Notes under the pieces: model-generated | Told to the model about the DNA's origin: nothing | The model's input: the letters and a program-made list of their open reading frames with translations, nothing else | Database searches by the model: none | Program-made: the position numbers and the translations under genes | NCBI RefSeq assembly: GCF_001194135.2 | Contig: NC_068983.1 | Location: forward strand, 155,715,496-155,767,884 | Source: Octopus bimaculoides | Lineage: Eukaryota | Length of the DNA stretch: 52,389 bases | Reading direction: 5' to 3' | In this document: one piece after another, positions 50,121-52,389 of the stretch | Numbering within the stretch: position 1 is the stretch's first letter | How the letters are laid out: each line of letters opens with the position of its first letter

Positions 50121-50155
<35 letters not shown>

Positions 50156-51094
50156 CCTCTCTCTCTCTCTTTCTCTCTTTCTCTGTAAGTGTATGTATAC
50201 AGATCTGTGAGTATGGATGTGTGTGTGTATCTGTGTGCATGTGTGTATACTAAATTAAAGATGAAAGTTTTTTTCCTGTCGATGTTTATATTTTTGTAGT
50301 TTATCATTGAAATCAATTTGGGGAAAACAAAACCAAACCAAAGATAATGTGGTTCTTTGCTGTTTGTATTTCTTTCAGCTGATTGGAAGAAACATCTGGC
50401 CTTTGTTGCGGCACTTTACGCTCTGAGTTCAAATACTGCAGACGAAAAACATGTCTTTCATTCATTCAGAGTCGATAAAGTACCAATAAACAACTCGACA
50501 ATATCGTAACCGCTAGATTTTTGGCTATTTCCTTAAGAATAACATTGTTATTGTTAAACGAATGCTAAGTTTAAGCTTCGTTTAACGCCGTTGAACTGAT
50601 TCTGCATTATAGCCACACCAGCGACTTGAAAATGGCCCTCTACATTTCTCCTCAGTCATTGACATCCTACAAAAATGCTGTAGTTGCTGTTTGCTTTTTT
50701 TTTACTCTAACTCAATATGAATATGTACGTGTGTGTATGAATACATATATACATACATACATGCATGCATACATACATGCATACATACATTTATACAAAC
50801 CAACATACAAACATACATGCAACTTAAAGTTCTGATTTCTACAAGCATGACGAGATAGATTTTATTAACGAATCCACAAAACTTTATGCTGCTTGGAGCC
50901 AAGTCAAACATTTTTTAAATAATGTATGTAACTCCCACCAAAAGTGCTGATGCCAAATTTCTTTCGTTTGTCCACTCCTCACTCGTTTCGCCACATGTTC
51001 TTACAGACTTCACCTTGTTTTCTATCAGCGTAAAATTAATACAGGAATTTTGAACTTTTTGTGTTCGAGGTCATTTTCTGATCATAACCCTTTA

Positions 51095-51146
<52 letters not shown>

Positions 51147-51199
51147 NNNNNNNNNNNNNNNNNNCTCTTCCCCTCTCACAATATATAGAAATATATACA

Positions 51200-51230
<31 letters not shown>

Positions 51231-51249
51231 CATACATACATACATACAA

Positions 51250-51720
51250 AAATATCCTGTTGTTTGATGTTGAAATTCCAATGAAGGAGCCTAGGATCTA
51301 GGTTAGAAACCGGTCCTTTCTCTATTGGCAAGAAATCTTGAAATAAAACTGAATAATTGCATACATACATACATACATACATATATACATACTTACATAC
51401 GTATATGCTTGTGGAAAATTCCAATAAAAACAGTAATTCGGTACAAACATAACAGACCTGATATTGCTCTGTGGCACAGAGGACAGAAGTCATGCACAGT
51501 TGTAGCGGTTAACTACACAGCGGATATGAATGTATCGTCAAAGGCTCAAGAAGAAGAGTACATTATTGGCGATTTTTAGGGGAACTTGCACGCTTGTTTC
51601 CTGACTATCAATTATCAGTTGTACTCATCGTCATAGAAGCATTAAGCTATGGACCTACAAATTTACACAAAAGCCTAGACGTAACAGGTATTTCGAAGAA
51701 ACAGCGAAAGAAAGTGACAC
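51250..51720 (+). mobile_element. R4/Dong-type LINE C-terminal restriction-like endonuclease relic
   Basis: LWKIPIKTVIRYKHNRPDIALWHRGQKSCTVV...DMNVSSK matches the RLE motif HNRPDI...K.C..ID...P.D.NV..K; interrupted by (CATA)n. Confidence 0.8.
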
Positions 51721-51837
51721 AGTTTAGCTTAATAATCGCTATCATCGTCTTCTGACTTATCACCATCTTCATCGTATGATGTTTTTACATACAGTTGTGC
51801 GTTTACAAATGTATAGTAATGTTTATGAGTCATAAAA

Positions 51838-52016
51838 TGAGGGGTTACTGAAAAGTTCTTGACTTTGGGTAAAAGAAAATACTGAAGGTTCAGTTAACTA
51901 TGGTTTTATTCAACATATTTCCCTCTCAGATTCACACACACACAAAGCAATTGTCCTTCATCCAGGTCTGTTGGGTTACCCTTAAAGCCAGGAACTTTCA
52001 GACCCTACCCCCTCGT
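51838..52016. mobile_element. mariner-derived MITE
   Basis: Left end TGAGGGGTTACTGAAAAGTTCTTGACTTT and right end AAAGCCAGGAACTTTCAGA...CCCCCTCGT are imperfect mariner-type TIRs around ~120 bp. Confidence 0.7.
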
Positions 52017-52060
52017 GTAAGCGTATGCATATATACTTACACATCCATACTCCCAAATAT

Positions 52061-52105
<45 letters not shown>

Positions 52106-52389
52106 CACACACACACGCACACACACACATAAACACAAACATACACACATACATATCATGATCATCTCATTACTTCATCGTCCTCTTCATCACCACTACC
52201 ATCACACAAATGCCTCCACCACCTTGAACACTACCATAATCGCACCCCACCCCCCAATAACAACAAACAAACAAATCTTCAGTTTATTTCTACTAAGATG
52301 AACCAAAGTATTTATGGTGATTAAATTTGGGAGATGTCTCCTTCTATGTATGTGTGTGTGACTGTGCAATCACGTATATATATATATAT

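Overview
AT-rich, microsatellite-dense eukaryotic DNA with many N gaps. The repeat repertoire looks like an octopus (coleoid cephalopod) intron or intergenic region; this is an inference from recalled repeat families, not a database result. I recognise no host protein-coding gene, and most ORFs in the track are microsatellite or N artefacts. The window holds decayed Tc1/mariner transposons, R4/Dong-type, L1/Tx1, RTE and CR1-like LINE fragments, two Penelope-like (GIY-YIG) relics, several tRNA-derived SINE families and a tRNA-Cys pseudogene. The main signal is a set of type I hammerhead ribozyme (HHR) motifs in non-coding repeats. (1) One HHR with a fully canonical core (8047-8116, minus) sits inside a ~522-bp unit bounded by ~65-bp direct repeats, a retrozyme or Penelope pseudo-LTR-like layout. 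(2) Three nearly identical ~196-bp elements carry a minimal HHR with an A6U core change. (3) Further degenerate HHR families occur, one lying behind a Pol III A/B-box directly downstream of a Penelope ORF. Several of these elements end at (TA)n tracts. All ribozyme, exon and mechanism calls come from manual reading and are untested.
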